From NCBI GenBank assembly GCA_965216735.1, contig OZ244198.1, positions 1,525,628-1,589,627 on the forward strand: DNA of 64,000 bases. The letters run 5' to 3'. The position numbers and the translations under genes were made by a program. Shown piece after piece: positions 60,620-64,000 of this stretch; positions within the stretch are counted from its first letter, which is position 1, and each line of letters begins with the position of its first letter. The notes beneath the pieces are model-generated. The model searched no databases and was not told the origin of the DNA. It saw only the letters and a list, made by a program, of their open reading frames with translations. Origin of the DNA: Arenicellales bacterium. Lineage in GTDB: Bacteria > Pseudomonadota > Gammaproteobacteria > Arenicellales > CBDCFT01.

Positions 60620-62004
60620 ACGAGGGAGCAAATACGCACCTCCAACCTGAATTTACTCCCGACCTATTAGTTGATGTACTAAACGGCCAACTGCAGGATG
60701 TTACACCACACAATCTCCTGATTGCATTAAGCGGTGGTGTCGATTCAACCGTGCTATTGCACGCATTAGCGGCACAGCGTGATAATTTACTTGCACCCTT
60801 GATGGCTCTACATGTTGATCATGGATTACATTCGGACTCCGGTGCTTGGTGTAGTCATTGTCAACAACTTTGTAGCTCGTTAGACATTCCGTTTTACTCG
60901 CACCGTTTGGATCTGCAAGTTAAAAAAGGTGAGAGTATTGAGGAGGTAGCTAGACAAGGGCGTTATCAATGGTTTGCACAAATCATGAATGCAGGGGACG
61001 TATTAATCACAGCTCACCATTGCGATGACCAGGCGGAAACCGTGTTATTGCAACTCCTGCGTGGTTCCGGTGTACACGGTTTGGCCGCTATACCCCGATT
61101 AGCGGTATTTGCCCGCGGGTATCTGCTACGGCCGTTACTCGATTTTTCGCGCGACCAGCTAAGTCAATTTGCCGACCAACATAAGTTGACACCATTGAAC
61201 GATCCGGCGAATTCCGATATGCGTTTCCAACGTGTATTCATTCGACACGATGTTTTACCACTGTTGCGTAAGCGTTGGCCCGCTGTGGATAGAACTTTAT
61301 CGCGAACAGCCGTCAATTGTGCGCGTGCTGTTCGACTCATCGATGAATTGGCACAACAAGATTTGATCTTGGCCGAACGTAAGGTTTCCAAAGTCCCGTT
61401 ATTACCGCGTACAACGCTGGGCGCTGATGCGTTGAATAAATTGTCGCAAGAACGAGTTCGCAATCTGTTACGATATTGGATAAAGAAAAACGGATACAGG
61501 TTGCCAACGGAACGCAAACTACAAGAAATCGTGAAGCAATTGCTTGATAGAACGGAAGGTGGGGGATGCGTCATCTGGGGTGAAGCTGAACTTCGGCGTT
61601 ACCGAAACGATATTTTCTTGCAACAAGGACTGGCAATACAAAAAGATTTTCCCGTGCAAAGTTGGTCTTTGTTCGAACCATTTACATTGTATGAAATAGG
61701 CATTCGATTATTGATCAAGGATAGCGTGTCCGAAGGCCTCAGAAAATCCGAGCTTGTGGATAAAACGCTTACTGTGCAGCCACGGCGCGGTGGTGAATAT
61801 ATCCGGCTCCCCAACGCAGCTCACCGAACCGCAGTGAAAAAACTCTACCAAAGCAAGGGTGTGCCACCTTGGATCAGAAATCGACTACCCTTGCTATATG
61901 TCGACGGTAAACTTGCAGTCATCCCCGGTATTGTGGTGGACGATGCCTTTGCCGCCCGCACCGGTGAAGAATCGGTCATAATCGATGTGGAAACAATTGC
62001 TTAG
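60616..62004 (+). CDS. tilS: tRNA(Ile)-lysidine synthase
   Basis: PP-loop [14 protein letters not shown]-type motif [10 protein letters not shown]-terminal TilS domain. 4-nt overlap with accA. Confidence 0.92.
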   Translation: MNEGANTHLQPEFTPDLLVDVLNGQLQDVTPHNLLIALSGGVDSTVLLHALAAQRDNLLAPLMALHVDHGLHSDSGAWCSHCQQLCSSLDIPFYSHRLDLQVKKGESIEEVARQGRYQWFAQIMNAGDVLITAHHCDDQAETVLLQLLRGSGVHGLAAIPRLAVFARGYLLRPLLDFSRDQLSQFADQHKLTPLNDPANSDMRFQRVFIRHDVLPLLRKRWPAVDRTLSRTAVNCARAVRLIDELAQQDLILAERKVSKVPLLPRTTLGADALNKLSQERVRNLLRYWIKKNGYRLPTERKLQEIVKQLLDRTEGGGCVIWGEAELRRYRNDIFLQQGLAIQKDFPVQSWSLFEPFTLYEIGIRLLIKDSVSEGLRKSELVDKTLTVQPRRGGEYIRLPNAAHRTAVKKLYQSKGVPPWIRNRLPLLYVDGKLAVIPGIVVDDAFAARTGEESVIIDVETIA

Positions 62005-62150
62005 CGTCATTCGTATTGTGTCCAAAGGCACTATTTGGTAAGCTGCTCGCCCGTGCGGGGGTTGACTAACCCCGGCGCGGCTTTCCCGCCGCCTGAGCGT
62101 TCCATTTGCCGAATGCTCACACACCTGACTTAACCGATAGTCGCTATTAA

Positions 62151-64000
<1,850 letters not shown>

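Overview
This window is a chromosomal segment of a Gram-negative proteobacterium with Pseudomonas-like gammaproteobacterial synteny. It is about 90% coding and almost entirely conserved housekeeping clusters. In order these are: (trpF)-accD-folC-dedD-cvpA-purF; lpxH and cysS; ilvI-ilvH-ilvC-psd-pssA-leuA; UDG-rimI, mltD, and methyltransferase-rnhA-dnaQ; an SSF symporter with acs and a RidA-family gene; rpsF-rpsR-rplI-dnaB-alr-radA; dapD-glnD-map on the minus strand; then rpsB-tsf-pyrH-frr-uppS-cdsA-rseP-bamA-skp-lpxD-fabZ-lpxA-lpxB-rnhB-dnaE-accA-tilS-pyrG-(kdsA). I found no rRNA, tRNA, CRISPR array, transposase, integrase, phage gene, or recognisable defence, secretion or toxin system. The only non-core stretch is about 19.5-32.7 kb. 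It holds two adjacent frameshifted accessory genes, an orphan multi-PAS hybrid kinase, a 558-bp ORF-free spacer, a DUF3617 gene, a PII gene and an unusual Sel1/SPOR mosaic protein. I did not find a convincing novel multi-gene system. The findings below are individually modest: a Leu-codon leader and hairpin set upstream of leuA, clustered gene decay, structured leaders, an unusual domain architecture and extended ribosomal-protein tails. All calls rest on reading the translated ORFs and the raw sequence. No database search was run.
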